Shown here piece after piece: positions 10,336 through 19,970 of a DNA stretch of 64,000 nt; position 1 is the stretch's first letter; the number at the start of each line of letters is the position of its first letter. Source of the DNA: Olavius algarvensis Delta 4 endosymbiont (GTDB lineage: Bacteria; Desulfobacterota; Desulfobacteria; Desulfobacterales; CAJINA01); assembly GCA_905176665.1 (NCBI GenBank), contig CAJINA010000104.1, positions 36,699 to 100,698 of the forward strand, in the 5' to 3' direction. The translations under genes and the position numbers were made by a program. A model generated the notes under the pieces. That model searched no databases, was not told the DNA's origin, and saw only the letters and a list, made by a program, of their open reading frames with translations.

Positions 10336-11226
10336 TTATAATGCTTGGAGGGGTTTTTCTGCCCAGAGCGTTTTATAATCGAATTGCCCCGAACAGATGA
10401 TGTTGTATTTAACGACCTCAAAGTTGGGGCTGATATCAAAATCCCTGGGCACAATTTGGGAAAAATGGCGCATCCGCAGCTTTGAGCCGCAAGGGTCGCT
10501 AGTCTGCCGTTTGTTAATTGCAGCATTCGGCAACAGGGCGGGGACAATGGGATAGCCCACTTTCTGGAAAGCACTGGCAATCATCCCGGAGCAGATCACT
10601 TTGTACTCCGTGCAGCCGCCCAGGCAGGCTTGGATGGTGCGCTTTCTAAAGGGATTTAAAAGAGGCGGCATAGCCAGCAGCGCCAGATCCAGCAGGTTTT
10701 CGTGATCATAATGTTTGCCCAGGTTGGCAATGGCATCATCAATGACCCTGGACAGGTCGTGGAGAGTGATGCCGAAGGGCCGGCAGATGCGGATGTTGAA
10801 ATCCCGGTACTTGGCCAAAGGCACGGCGATGACCCCGTTGCCGCCATCGGCTTCCACCAGCATGTGCTTTATATCTCGTTCGGTGAGGTTTTCCTGTTCG
10901 ACAACGACATGGGGACTGCCCGCCATTTCCGGCCGGTCACCCACATACAGGGCCGAGTGACTCCAGGAACTCTTGGTCAGCAATTGGATGATGCGGCTGA
11001 CCTGGGAGTTGCCTTCAACCAGCAGGACATCACCCGGCCGGATCTCGCGGTACAGGTTGTCCATGTTGTTGATGATGCGCTGCTCATAAGTTGAGATCGG
11101 CCGTTCCAGGCGCTTGAGGAAATAACGACCGATTTTTTTCAAGAGTCTGTTGAGTGGTTTTTCAGTGTTTGCAGCCATAGGTTGCCTTTCATTTGTCTGT
11201 GGCCTTAGTCTTACACTGGGTGTCAT
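10336..11226 (-). CDS. Permuted papain-fold (NlpC/P60 superfamily, YiiX/YaeF-like C92) putative amidase/peptidase
   Basis: GDVLLVEGNSQVSRIIQLLTKSSWSHSALYVGD (His region) precedes the C-terminal YKVICSGMIASAF (Cys region), which is the circularly permuted order. Confidence 0.5.
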   Translation of the reverse strand: MTPSVRLRPQTNERQPMAANTEKPLNRLLKKIGRYFLKRLERPISTYEQRIINNMDNLYREIRPGDVLLVEGNSQVSRIIQLLTKSSWSHSALYVGDRPEMAGSPHVVVEQENLTERDIKHMLVEADGGNGVIAVPLAKYRDFNIRICRPFGITLHDLSRVIDDAIANLGKHYDHENLLDLALLAMPPLLNPFRKRTIQACLGGCTEYKVICSGMIASAFQKVGYPIVPALLPNAAINKRQTSDPCGSKLRMRHFSQIVPRDFDISPNFEVVKYNIICSGQFDYKTLWAEKPLQAL

Positions 11227-11290
11227 CCCGGACTTGATCCGGGATCCAGGGAAGATTCTGGATGCCGGGTCGAGCCCGGCATGACGCGTT
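11215..11290 (-). terminator. Tandem GC-rich hairpins downstream of the 11324-11671 gene
   Basis: tcatCCCGGActtgaTCCGGGat and atGCCGGGtcgaGCCCGGCat palindromes directly 3' of the minus-strand ORF stop. Confidence 0.4.
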
Positions 11291-11323
11291 GAAAACCGCA
11301 GACCGCCATGAAAAGGTCACGAC

Positions 11324-11671
11324 CTATCCGGTGCCATTTTGAACCCAATAGAGAATACTGGCGACCATGAAATAAAGGCCGATCAATTCAACGCCCAAAA
11401 ACATCCAGTAGTACCAGAGCTTGCGGATCAATGTGGTTGGGATCAGACTCCCCATGGCCACGATGCCGAGGCAGATCAAAGAGTAGAAGGTAAAATAGTA
11501 GCCTCGCGCCACCAAACCGGTCAGAAAAAACATACTGATATTCATGATGACCAGCAGGTTGTTGACCCGGCTCAGGTTGCCCCAGAAATTCATATGGTCG
11601 GCATCGAAGGCGGTGTCTAATTTCTCATATCGGGTTGCCAGCATGGATGGGTTCCTCTCTATTGCAAGCAT
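11324..11671 (-). CDS. Small hypothetical membrane protein (3 TM)
   Basis: 115-aa ORF, hydrophobic helices, no motif. Confidence 0.4.
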   Translation of the reverse strand: MLAIERNPSMLATRYEKLDTAFDADHMNFWGNLSRVNNLLVIMNISMFFLTGLVARGYYFTFYSLICLGIVAMGSLIPTTLIRKLWYYWMFLGVELIGLYFMVASILYWVQNGTG

Positions 11672-11863
11672 TTAAATTTTCGTCGCAGATTGCCGGTAAA
11701 CCTTACAGGATACTGTTATCTTTTACAAAGATGACAGGCTGAGGGGTTATATGAGGGATTTAAAAAATTCAAAGGTGCTAATCTGTAAGGCATAGCCCAT
11801 TCAAGCGACAAAATGCTAAACTCAATTTCATTACGATGCGTTCCAGTGAAAAGGAAAAGCAAC

Positions 11864-12640
11864 ATGTCAGTCAAAATAAACTCTATAGCCTTGATCCGGT
11901 TCCGCCCGTGGGTTGTGACCCTGGCGGTACTATTTCTGACACTATGTATATGGACGGCATCTGCAGCGGCAGTGGACCACACCTCGTATACCGACCTGTT
12001 GACCCAATACAATCGTAACGGGAATGTGGATTATGCCGGCCTCAAGAAAGACGAAGCACGCCTGGATGAATATCTGGACCAATTGGCTAAAATCGATCCG
12101 GAAGATTTATCCCGCGACGAGAGATTCGCCTTTTACGCAAACGCTTACAATGCCTGGACCATCAAGCTCATATTAACCGGGTATCCCGGGGTTGGATCGA
12201 TCAAGGACCTGGGCAGCCTGTTTAGAAGTCCCTGGAAGAAGAAGTTCGTCAAACTGGGAGGCAAAGTCATCACCCTGGACCATATCGAACATGATATCCT
12301 TAGACCGCAATTCAAAGATCCCCGGGTGCACATGGCGGTGAACTGTGCTTCGAAGAGTTGCCCGCCACTTTGGAGCGAGCCCTTTACAGGCAGCCGTCTC
12401 AATGATCAACTGAACACTGCCACCCGTAACTTCATCAACAATCCTGGATTTAACCGGCTGGAAGGCAACACACTTTATGTCAGCCGAATCTTTAAATGGT
12501 TCAGCGAAGACTTCGACGACGATGTTATCGGCTTCGTTGAAAAATACGCGGAGGGCGAACTCAAACGTAACATCACAGCCAACCGGTCAGCCATCGAAGT
12601 AGAGTATCTGGATTATGACTGGTCACTCAATGGCCGCTAA
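11864..12640 (+). CDS. DUF547 family protein (secreted)
   Basis: FAFYANAYNAWTIKLIL matches the DUF547 core (F-W-I-N-x-Y-N). N-terminal signal peptide. ATG at 11864 with an upstream aaaggaaaag SD; the ORF opens at 11813. Confidence 0.7.
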   Translation: MSVKINSIALIRFRPWVVTLAVLFLTLCIWTASAAAVDHTSYTDLLTQYNRNGNVDYAGLKKDEARLDEYLDQLAKIDPEDLSRDERFAFYANAYNAWTIKLILTGYPGVGSIKDLGSLFRSPWKKKFVKLGGKVITLDHIEHDILRPQFKDPRVHMAVNCASKSCPPLWSEPFTGSRLNDQLNTATRNFINNPGFNRLEGNTLYVSRIFKWFSEDFDDDVIGFVEKYAEGELKRNITANRSAIEVEYLDYDWSLNGR

Positions 12641-12754
12641 AGTTGCTCGCTATTAAACCCGGATAAACCGGTTTGATATTCCAGCTTGCATTCCATCACC
12701 AGTTTGGTACCCTTACTGCAATCACACTACTTCTCAAAAAGGGTACCCACCGGC

Positions 12755-13336
12755 ATGAAAGATGGCCCGCAAATAGATCCTGAGTCCTGGGTAGACCGCT
12801 ATGGTGACGCGCTATTTCATTTTGCTCTGGCGCGCGTCAAAGACAGAGAGATCGCTGAAGATCTTGTTCAGGAAACCTTCCTGGCGGCTGTCAAAGCCAA
12901 GGACCGCTTCAAAGGAAAATCCACGGAAAAGACTTGGTTGTTCGGTATCCTGAAGCACAAAGTGATCGATCACTACCGCAAGAAAAGGTCAGTCATTTAT
13001 GAACAGGACCTCAGTAAGGGAACCGAAGACCTGGATGCTTTTTTTAACGCCAAAGGCGCCTGGTCAACCATGCCGGAAAACTGGCGCTTGAATCCCGGCA
13101 AATCCCAGGAGGTCAGAGAGTTTATTGATCATTTCTACCAGTGCCTGGCCGACTTGCCCAAGAAAACAGCTGAGGTATTCGCCTTTCGGGAAATCGACGG
13201 GCTGAGTACCAAGGAAATATGTAAGCGCCTGAACATCACCGCCAGCAATTGTCGGGTGATTTTGTACCGGGCTAGAATGCTGTTGCGTAAATGCCTCGAG
13301 TTGGCCGGTCTTGGGCCAAGCGGGGCTGCAGAATAA
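12755..13336 (+). CDS. RNA polymerase ECF-type sigma-70 factor
   Basis: Region 2 (DLVQETFLAAVKA...) and region 4 HTH (STKEICKRLNITASNCRVILYRARMLLRK). Confidence 0.85.
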   Translation: MKDGPQIDPESWVDRYGDALFHFALARVKDREIAEDLVQETFLAAVKAKDRFKGKSTEKTWLFGILKHKVIDHYRKKRSVIYEQDLSKGTEDLDAFFNAKGAWSTMPENWRLNPGKSQEVREFIDHFYQCLADLPKKTAEVFAFREIDGLSTKEICKRLNITASNCRVILYRARMLLRKCLELAGLGPSGAAE

Positions 13337-13365
13337 GGGTAAACCTTGTTTTAGGATAGAAGAAA

Positions 13366-13632
13366 ATGATGAACCATTGGATGTTTCGATGCAAAGACAT
13401 TTCCCGGAAGGTATCACTGGGTATGGATGCCGGGCTGCCCTTCCATGAGCGCCTGGCGGTTGAGTTTCGCCTGGTGATGTGCCGCTATTGTGCCCGCTAT
13501 CGCAAACAGCTGCGACAGCTGCGCGAAATAAGCGGCCAGATCGACACCGATCTTCCCGGATGTGAACCCTCAGAACTCCTGTCCGAAGAGTGTAAAGACC
13601 GTATCAAAGAAGCGCTGCGAAGCTATCAGTAA
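13366..13632 (+). CDS. Anti-sigma factor, zinc-finger (zf-HC2/RsrA-ChrR-like), cytoplasmic
   Basis: Immediately downstream of the ECF sigma gene. H-x3-C-x2-C motif (HERLAVEFRLVMCRYCARY), 88 aa. Confidence 0.7.
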   Translation: MMNHWMFRCKDISRKVSLGMDAGLPFHERLAVEFRLVMCRYCARYRKQLRQLREISGQIDTDLPGCEPSELLSEECKDRIKEALRSYQ

Positions 13633-13801
13633 ATCACGTCCCGGTTTTTCTCCTGGTACTGCCCCTCCCCTTGAGCAATATGGTTAGCCCCAATTTTCCT
13701 GTAAGGAATTTGGCCAGTAACTGACAAAATTAATAGAAGCTATTAACTCATATCGTAAGTCACTGCCTATGACTGCAGCGGCTCACGGAAATGGGGGTCC
13801 C

Positions 13802-14452
13802 ATGAAAACCAAACTAAAAAGAAAATGGATCTTGTTCGTGATCCTGTTTGCCTTCGCAGGCCTGCTGCTGGTGTCCCAGTCATCCGGGACGGCCGCCCTG
13901 AAAGAAGGTGAAAAAACATATATTGTCGATCAAACCGGCGAGCGCTGGAACATCACCCAGGCGGTATCCCTGGGGTTCAATCCGCGCTATTTTGAATTCG
14001 GCATCGGGCGCAATGCGTTCACGCCCCTGGGGGAGGACAACTGGCAGGAAAGCCCGGTGGACGAATATTCCCAGATGCGGGTTATCGGCATAACCGGCAA
14101 CGGTGAGGCCCACGCCTATTCCATAGCGAAACTCTGGTCACACGAAACCGCCAATACCCATTTGGGTTCCCAGCCGATCGTCGCCGGCTACTGACCGCTT
14201 GTCAATCTGGCGGCTGTGTACAGCCGCGAAATCGATGGACAGGCGCTCACGCTGGCGCCCTCGGGGTGGACCTATCGGCGCACGTTTGTGCTCTATGACA
14301 AGGAAACCGGCACGCTCTGGTATCCGGATAGGGGCAGCCTGATGGGCATCCAGGGCAAGCATTTCAAGCGGCGGCTGCCCATGTTGGAGTCGACCGACAC
14401 CAAGTTCAATAAATGGGTAAAGGAGAATCCAGCGACCAAGTTGATGAAGTAG
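13802..14452 (+). CDS. DUF3179-family secreted protein, predicted selenoprotein (in-frame UGA at 14192-14194 read as Sec)
   Basis: ORFs 13769-14194 and 14216-14452 are in the same frame, separated only by TGA. Joined translation ...VIGITGNGEAHAY...SQPIVAGY-U-PLVNLAAVYSREIDGQALTLAPSG...VLYDKETGTLW matches the DUF3179 core (…AVTYCPLC…DGxxLTF…YDRETxSLW) with Sec at the first Cys of YCPLC. Stem-loop 15 nt downstream of the UGA. Confidence 0.7.
14207..14228 (+). other. SECIS-like stem-loop downstream of the DUF3179 UGA
   Basis: ggcggctg-tgta-cagccgc: 7-bp stem, 4-nt G/U-containing loop, starting 15 nt 3' of the UGA. Confidence 0.5.
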
Positions 14453-14603
14453 AAAAGCGGGCCAGGAATTTTGAGCGGCCGGTTGCCAGGCGGATGTACC
14501 ACCGGTTACCGGCCAGAGTAAAGCATCCTGGCCCAGAGGGCCAGGCTTTGAGGTACCCCTAAAAGGAGCCTCCCCATCAAAACAAGATGACAAAACTATG
14601 CAT

Positions 14604-14761
14604 CGCGCTGAGGCGCAGAGTCGCAGAGAAAGGCAAGAACAGATTTTCGTCGCGCTATCGCGCGAAAACCGTTTCAGGTTTCAGACTCAATGGCCCTTCT
14701 GGTTTTAACCGGCGAAGCCGGATATATGCATGGGTTCTCTGCGTCTCTGCGCCTCTGCGCG
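14604..14761. repeat. 26-nt inverted repeat pair flanking about 105 nt in a convergent intergenic region
   Basis: cgcgctgaggcgcagagtcgcagaga (14604-14629) versus the reverse complement of tctctgcgtctctgcgcctctgcgcg (14736-14761), 24/26 match. Additional terminator-like hairpin cctggccc-aga-gggccagg at about 14507-14527. Confidence 0.55.
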
Positions 14762-14852
14762 AGAATCCTGTTTTACGGTATAGCCATAGACTCTGACCTG
14801 ATTACGAAGACCAGGTTTTAAAGGCAAAATATCGGCTTTTTTGTTTGGGGGC

Positions 14853-15731
14853 CTACCCCGGCGCCTGCTCCTGCTTCCGGTCAACTTTATTGATCAGTAC
14901 GCCGACCTGTTGGGTCAACAAATCCACTTTCCTGTTCAGATCGGTAATCGCGCCTGATCCGCATTGGTCCTCGTCCTCATTCTCGGATTGACACTCTGCC
15001 ATAACCTGGTCATAGTTATTGACCACGGCGCCGACCACAAGGTTAATCAGCAGGAAGGCCGACAGCCCCAGCCATGAGACATGGTAGGCTGTGATCAGCC
15101 AGTCCGTTGCCCCAACGACCTGCCCGCCAAGCATGTTGTACCTCAGATCCGTCCAGTCCTCGCCGGTCATAATCCGAAAGAGGGTAAAAAAGGATTCGGT
15201 GATCGTCCCGTATGGATCGGGGCTGGTCGGTCCCATAGCCGGCCCGTTGGCGGCCACCGGCCCTCCTTTGAAGAGTATGACCCCGATGATGGCGTACATG
15301 TACATGAATATGAACAGCAGGATGAAGGTGTAACCGAGGGATTTGAGTGACCTCAGCAGCACACTAACAATGATTTTCAGTTCCGGAAGCGTCTTGACAA
15401 GCCGCAGGATCCGGAAAACACGCATGATCCGGAAAACGCTTAAGGCGGCGCTGTTTTCAAAAAGCGAATCGGGGATATAGGAAATACTCACGATCACAAT
15501 ATCGAACAGGTTCCAACCATCCGAAAAATAGGCCTTGATGGAGGTCCGGCCGATAAAACGCAAGGCGATCTCGAGTGTAAAGATGCCGAGTATAACCCTT
15601 TGCGTATACCCGATCAGCGTGCTGGTATAATAGGTCTCAATCCCGATTAAGGTGGCATTGATCACAATGATCAGGTTTATCCAGAGAGCAAAGGCAAGCG
15701 AGTTGACCATATAATGAATTTTTCCGCGCAT
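14853..15731 (-). CDS. Bacterial voltage-gated cation channel (BacNav/NaChBac family), single 6-TM domain
   Basis: S4 with Arg every third residue (VFRIMRVFRILRLVK). Pore region ESFFTLFRIMTGEDWTD aligns to the NaChBac FxTLFQVMTLESWS selectivity-filter region. Confidence 0.85.
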   Translation of the reverse strand: MRGKIHYMVNSLAFALWINLIIVINATLIGIETYYTSTLIGYTQRVILGIFTLEIALRFIGRTSIKAYFSDGWNLFDIVIVSISYIPDSLFENSAALSVFRIMRVFRILRLVKTLPELKIIVSVLLRSLKSLGYTFILLFIFMYMYAIIGVILFKGGPVAANGPAMGPTSPDPYGTITESFFTLFRIMTGEDWTDLRYNMLGGQVVGATDWLITAYHVSWLGLSAFLLINLVVGAVVNNYDQVMAECQSENEDEDQCGSGAITDLNRKVDLLTQQVGVLINKVDRKQEQAPG

Positions 15732-16280
15732 CTTCTCAATCCTCTTATATCTGGTTCGGCCCTAAGCGGGGTGACCCAAGGCGTTCTATATAACGACAGC
15801 CAGTTTGGTCGGATAAGAACGTGCAGGTACCCATTTAGAAACCAAACGCAGAAACTGATTTTTATCAGAAAATGTTATATTGTGTATTGAATGCAACCTG
15901 TCCGAATACCGACTCCGCGGGAGCCTGCACCGGTAAGCTGATAGAAAAGGCCATTTGCCGAAATGGACAGGTCTAAACAGATAGAATATTAGGAGGACCT
16001 ACTGTCTTGTCAAATCCTGGGTTGGAATGATGCTGCCTGCTCCGCCGGTTAACCGCATTATGAAACGAAGCCAGGGCCGCTAGCGGGTGCTTCTCTTCTA
16101 TATGGCCAACCAGTGTCGCGCTGTTGCTATAGCGCTTTGCGCAAATTCCTGTGATTTTCGGCTTTTAATCAACGCGCCGATAGTCCGAGTATTCTTTGTA
16201 GGGTTTCAACACCGATATTGAACGCTTCCCGCAGCAAGCGGCGGGGAATGCGCGTGGTGATCGGTTCAGGACAGCAGGTT

Positions 16281-18461
16281 TTATGTTTCATCGAGTATGT
16301 GCCGTACCTTTTCAGAAAGGGTAGCTACGGAAAATGGTTTCTGAATGAAGCCGTTACACCCGCTTTGCATGATTTCTGCGGCTTGACCGTCAATAGCGTA
16401 GCCGCTCGAGAGCAACACTGCCATTTGTGGGTAAAGCTCACGGATGCGGCTGAACACCATCCCGCCATCCATGCCCGGCATGACCAGATCGAGGATAACC
16501 AGATCAATCTCATCACCGTCCTGTTCTATTTGAGCAACCGCCTGCTTGCCGCTTTTGGCAGCAAGAACCCGATATCCCAGTTTCTCCATCATACCCTGCC
16601 CCACGTCCAGGATCATCTGCTCATCATCGACCAGCAGGATGGTTTCCGATCCCCGCAGATACGTTTCGGCTTTTTGTGCTTCCCGCCGGGCTTTTGTATC
16701 TGACAGGGGCAGATGGATATTGAAGCTCGCACCCTGACCGATCTCGCTGGTCACGGTTATAAATCCATCGTGATTTTTGATAATCCCGTATGTGGAAGCC
16801 AGCCCAAGACCGGTCCCGCGTTCTTTCTCCTTGGTTGTGAAAAAGGGGTCGAAAATGCGTTGCCGGGTCTCCGCCTCCATGCCTGTGCCGGTATCGGTCA
16901 CGATGATATTGACATAGTGCCCTGGATTTACCTGGTGGGGGCCGGCCTGGGTACTGTCTACCGTCGTAATCCTGGTTTCCAGGTAAAGGTCGCCACCCAA
17001 CGGCATGGCCTGCCAGGCATTGACATATAGATTGATCATGACCTGTTCTATCTGACTGCGGTCAACTTTAACCACCGGGGCCGGCTTGTGGAATTTGACA
17101 TGAATCTTGAGTTCTTTTTTTGTGCGCCCAAACATGTTCACGCTTTTGCGAATTAGGTCATTGATGTCGGTAGGCTTGACCTCATATTTTCCGCCCCGGG
17201 CAAAGCCCAAGAGTTGTCGGGTAAGATCGGTTGCACTCCGAACGTAGTCCTCAAGGGCTTCAATGTGCTCATTATTTGAAGGCGGTTGCTCGGTATCCAT
17301 AGACATCAGCGATACCCGCCCCTGAATTCCCATGAGAAGATTGTTGAAATCGTGCGCAACACCGCCGGCCAGGGTCCCAATCGCCTCAAATTTCTGGGAC
17401 TGATGCAACTGCTGCTCCATCTCCTTGAGTTGGGTGATATCCGTGGCGATCTGCAGCCTTACAATGCGGCCATCGATCCACTTGACGGCTCTGTCATAGT
17501 TGATATACGTTTCGCCGGTTTTGGGATTCTCTCCCTGCCAAATGACCACCTCACCGGGGTCCCCGTCTTTGTCGAGCAGCCGCTTATTGGTGCAGATTCC
17601 ACAGGGTCGGTCTTCCCCCCTAAAGGCTTTAAAGCAACGTTCACCGGTAAAATTTCCGCCGAATCTGTCAATCATGTATTTGTTCATGAATAAGATCTCA
17701 TGGTTGTCCATGTCGGCAACGTAAACGGTGGCATCGATGCTGTTGAGGACCTTGAGAAAGGTCTGGTGGGTTTCTTTCAAAACCCGCTCTGAACCTTTGC
17801 GCTCGTCGATCTCATTCTCGAGAAGCTCATTCGTCCGCGCCAGCTCACGGGTTCTTTGCAGCACGCGGGACTCCAGTTCATTCTTGGACCGGGTAAGGGC
17901 ACTGAGAAGATAGAGGTTGTCATGCTTGGCTATGGCCATCTCAACCACCTGGTTGAGCAGCATCAGAATCTGCCTGAAACGGAATTCCTCAGGGGCACTG
18001 TCCATGAACAGGAACACGCCATGGGCGACTGTTTGGGAGTTGAACGGAATAAGCGCTATCTGCTGCGGGGCAAAATTCTCTTTGTTGAAACGGTACTGAA
18101 TGTCATTACCGGGGTGGATGATCGTTGGCCCGTATTCCAATTCGCGGGTGATGGCTGGGGTTAACTCAATGGGATAACCGGTGTGTTCCTCTTCGGAAAA
18201 CGCGGCATAGGTGGCGATGGGTTTTAGCGTGGTACCGTTATATTCCGCACAGGTTGCATAGGGGATCGTTTTCAGAATCGAAATACGCTCAAGGGTGTTC
18301 TCTATAATTTCAGTGCCACTGGAAAGGTTCTGAATGTTTTCGGAAACCAGCCCTAACAGTAGAGAGTCTTCCGCCCTCTCGGCCAACTGGGCATTTTCCT
18401 CCTCCAGGACGCGAACCTTATGCTCGAGAACGCCAATTTTTTTCTTCAACTTTTCAAACAT
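16281..18461 (-). CDS. Hybrid sensor histidine kinase/response regulator (coiled-coil, GAF/PAS-like, Cys-rich PAS, HisKA, HATPase_c, REC)
   Basis: HDFNNLLMGIQG H-box; N/G1/G2 boxes (DTGTGM, GTGLGL); C-terminal receiver ILLVDDE...DLVILDLVMPGMDG...K. PAS with C-x10-C-x2-C. Confidence 0.9.
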   Translation of the reverse strand: MFEKLKKKIGVLEHKVRVLEEENAQLAERAEDSLLLGLVSENIQNLSSGTEIIENTLERISILKTIPYATCAEYNGTTLKPIATYAAFSEEEHTGYPIELTPAITRELEYGPTIIHPGNDIQYRFNKENFAPQQIALIPFNSQTVAHGVFLFMDSAPEEFRFRQILMLLNQVVEMAIAKHDNLYLLSALTRSKNELESRVLQRTRELARTNELLENEIDERKGSERVLKETHQTFLKVLNSIDATVYVADMDNHEILFMNKYMIDRFGGNFTGERCFKAFRGEDRPCGICTNKRLLDKDGDPGEVVIWQGENPKTGETYINYDRAVKWIDGRIVRLQIATDITQLKEMEQQLHQSQKFEAIGTLAGGVAHDFNNLLMGIQGRVSLMSMDTEQPPSNNEHIEALEDYVRSATDLTRQLLGFARGGKYEVKPTDINDLIRKSVNMFGRTKKELKIHVKFHKPAPVVKVDRSQIEQVMINLYVNAWQAMPLGGDLYLETRITTVDSTQAGPHQVNPGHYVNIIVTDTGTGMEAETRQRIFDPFFTTKEKERGTGLGLASTYGIIKNHDGFITVTSEIGQGASFNIHLPLSDTKARREAQKAETYLRGSETILLVDDEQMILDVGQGMMEKLGYRVLAAKSGKQAVAQIEQDGDEIDLVILDLVMPGMDGGMVFSRIRELYPQMAVLLSSGYAIDGQAAEIMQSGCNGFIQKPFSVATLSEKVRHILDET

Positions 18462-19295
18462 TTACTTTCCTGCAAAGAAGTCAACCATCGCCGCTGCAAT
18501 TTGCTGAGGCTCGTCTTCCTGGATGAAATGGCTGCCCGTGGGGATTTTGATGAGTGTGTTGTTGGGAATATTGCGAGCCAATTTGCCTGCTATGGCCCCA
18601 CTCAGATAGGGGTCTGCGTCACCGCGGATGATAAGGACCGGCAGTTCAAGCCGATGCAGTTGGTCTGTAATTTCCAGCAGGTCCTGATTGTTCAAGCTGG
18701 CGGCAAAATGCAGAAAGGCTTTACGCCCCTCCCTGGATTTCATCTGGGCCCAGAAATATTCCATTAGTTCCGGGGTCAGATTCTCTTTGTGATACAAGCC
18801 ACGTCGGACAATCATGCGCAACGCGCCCATATCCAGGGTAGCCATCGCCAATTGTCGGACAATCGGGGTCCGCATGGCAATAATCGGCTGTACCGGCCAG
18901 AAATCGTAGGCGACAGAATTAATAACAACGAGGTCAAAAAGCATATCCGGATAATTGACCGCAAAAATCTGACCAATCCCGCCTCCGACATCGTGGCCGA
19001 CAAAGTGAAATTTACCAATCTCAAGTTTTTGCAAGAATTTTTGCAACAAGTGCGCATGGCGTTTTATGGAATAAGGTTGGTCCAGGTTCTTACTGGATAA
19101 GCCGCAGCCCACCAGATCCACCCCGATAAGCTGGTAGCGATCCTCAAGAAACGGGAGCACTTTTCTCCAAATAAACGAATAGGTTGATATGCCATGGACC
19201 AGCAGTAAGGGTTCTCCCTGGCCACGGACAAAATAGGCAAATTGATGCCCCTCGATGTCACAATGCGAAGTTGTAAGGTGTTCCATCATCAGCAC
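18462..19295 (-). CDS. Alpha/beta-fold hydrolase (haloalkane dehalogenase/epoxide hydrolase-like, Asp nucleophile)
   Basis: HGISTYSFIWRKV oxyanion region and VGHDVGGGIG nucleophile elbow with Asp. The stop abuts the kinase start. Confidence 0.8.
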   Translation of the reverse strand: MLMMEHLTTSHCDIEGHQFAYFVRGQGEPLLLVHGISTYSFIWRKVLPFLEDRYQLIGVDLVGCGLSSKNLDQPYSIKRHAHLLQKFLQKLEIGKFHFVGHDVGGGIGQIFAVNYPDMLFDLVVINSVAYDFWPVQPIIAMRTPIVRQLAMATLDMGALRMIVRRGLYHKENLTPELMEYFWAQMKSREGRKAFLHFAASLNNQDLLEITDQLHRLELPVLIIRGDADPYLSGAIAGKLARNIPNNTLIKIPTGSHFIQEDEPQQIAAAMVDFFAGK

Positions 19296-19433
19296 TCGAT
19301 TAGATCGTTCAACGCTATACAGGATAGAATACCATAGCCCTTTTAAAACACAAGGAATTGGGTATTACGCTGCCCAGACGGACCAAAACCTTATTCGAGC
19401 CCCCAGCAAATGAGAGGATTGCATTATTTTGTT

Positions 19434-19470
19434 GACAATTATATAAAATTATATAAAATGTAGCATAATT
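19434..19470 (+). promoter_or_regulatory. Candidate sigma70-type promoter with a tandem AT repeat upstream of the response-regulator gene
   Basis: TTGACA followed by attatataaaattatataaaat (a direct repeat of attatataaaat) giving a TAAAAT -10-like hexamer about 16-17 nt downstream. Confidence 0.3.
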
Positions 19471-19521
19471 TCAAGTTAATTGGATCACGATGAAGGAAAC
19501 TGCGACGTATCAGCTTGATCC

Positions 19522-19914
19522 TTGGATGCTGCCATACTTGGAAATGCCATGTACCGAGTTCTGATCATCGACGACGAAGATGACATCTGCAACCTGCTTC
19601 TTTACGCGTTTTCGCGAAATGGTATTGAGGCAAAAATAGCGACCAATGGTCGTGAAGGATTGGATTGTTTCAATCAGGAGCATTTCGATCTGGTCATCAC
19701 GGATATGTTGATGCCCGGGGTCAACGGCAATAACGTTGCCCGCCAGATACGCAGTTCCAGTAGACCCGAGACGCCCATCATCGGCATTTCGGCGACTGCC
19801 TGGCTGCTTGATCGGAATGATTTTAACGCTGTTTTTGAAAAACCGATGTCGATTCACGCGCTTCTGGATAAAGTGAAGGACCTGGTCATGGCATCCCACG
19901 AAGTTCCGGTCTGA
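19522..19914 (+). CDS. Single-domain response regulator (CheY-like receiver)
   Basis: VLIIDDEDD...DLVITDMLMPGVNG...K receiver signature, 130 aa. Confidence 0.85.
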   Translation: MDAAILGNAMYRVLIIDDEDDICNLLLYAFSRNGIEAKIATNGREGLDCFNQEHFDLVITDMLMPGVNGNNVARQIRSSSRPETPIIGISATAWLLDRNDFNAVFEKPMSIHALLDKVKDLVMASHEVPV

Positions 19915-19970
19915 CGGCACTCCCCTTCAAACAAAATTCTTCAAATTCGCAATATGGGGCTTTGCAATCT

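Noticed and set aside
19510-19920. 136-aa minus-strand ORF exactly overlapping the CheY-like response-regulator gene
   Set aside because: The plus-strand frame has textbook receiver motifs. The antisense frame has none.
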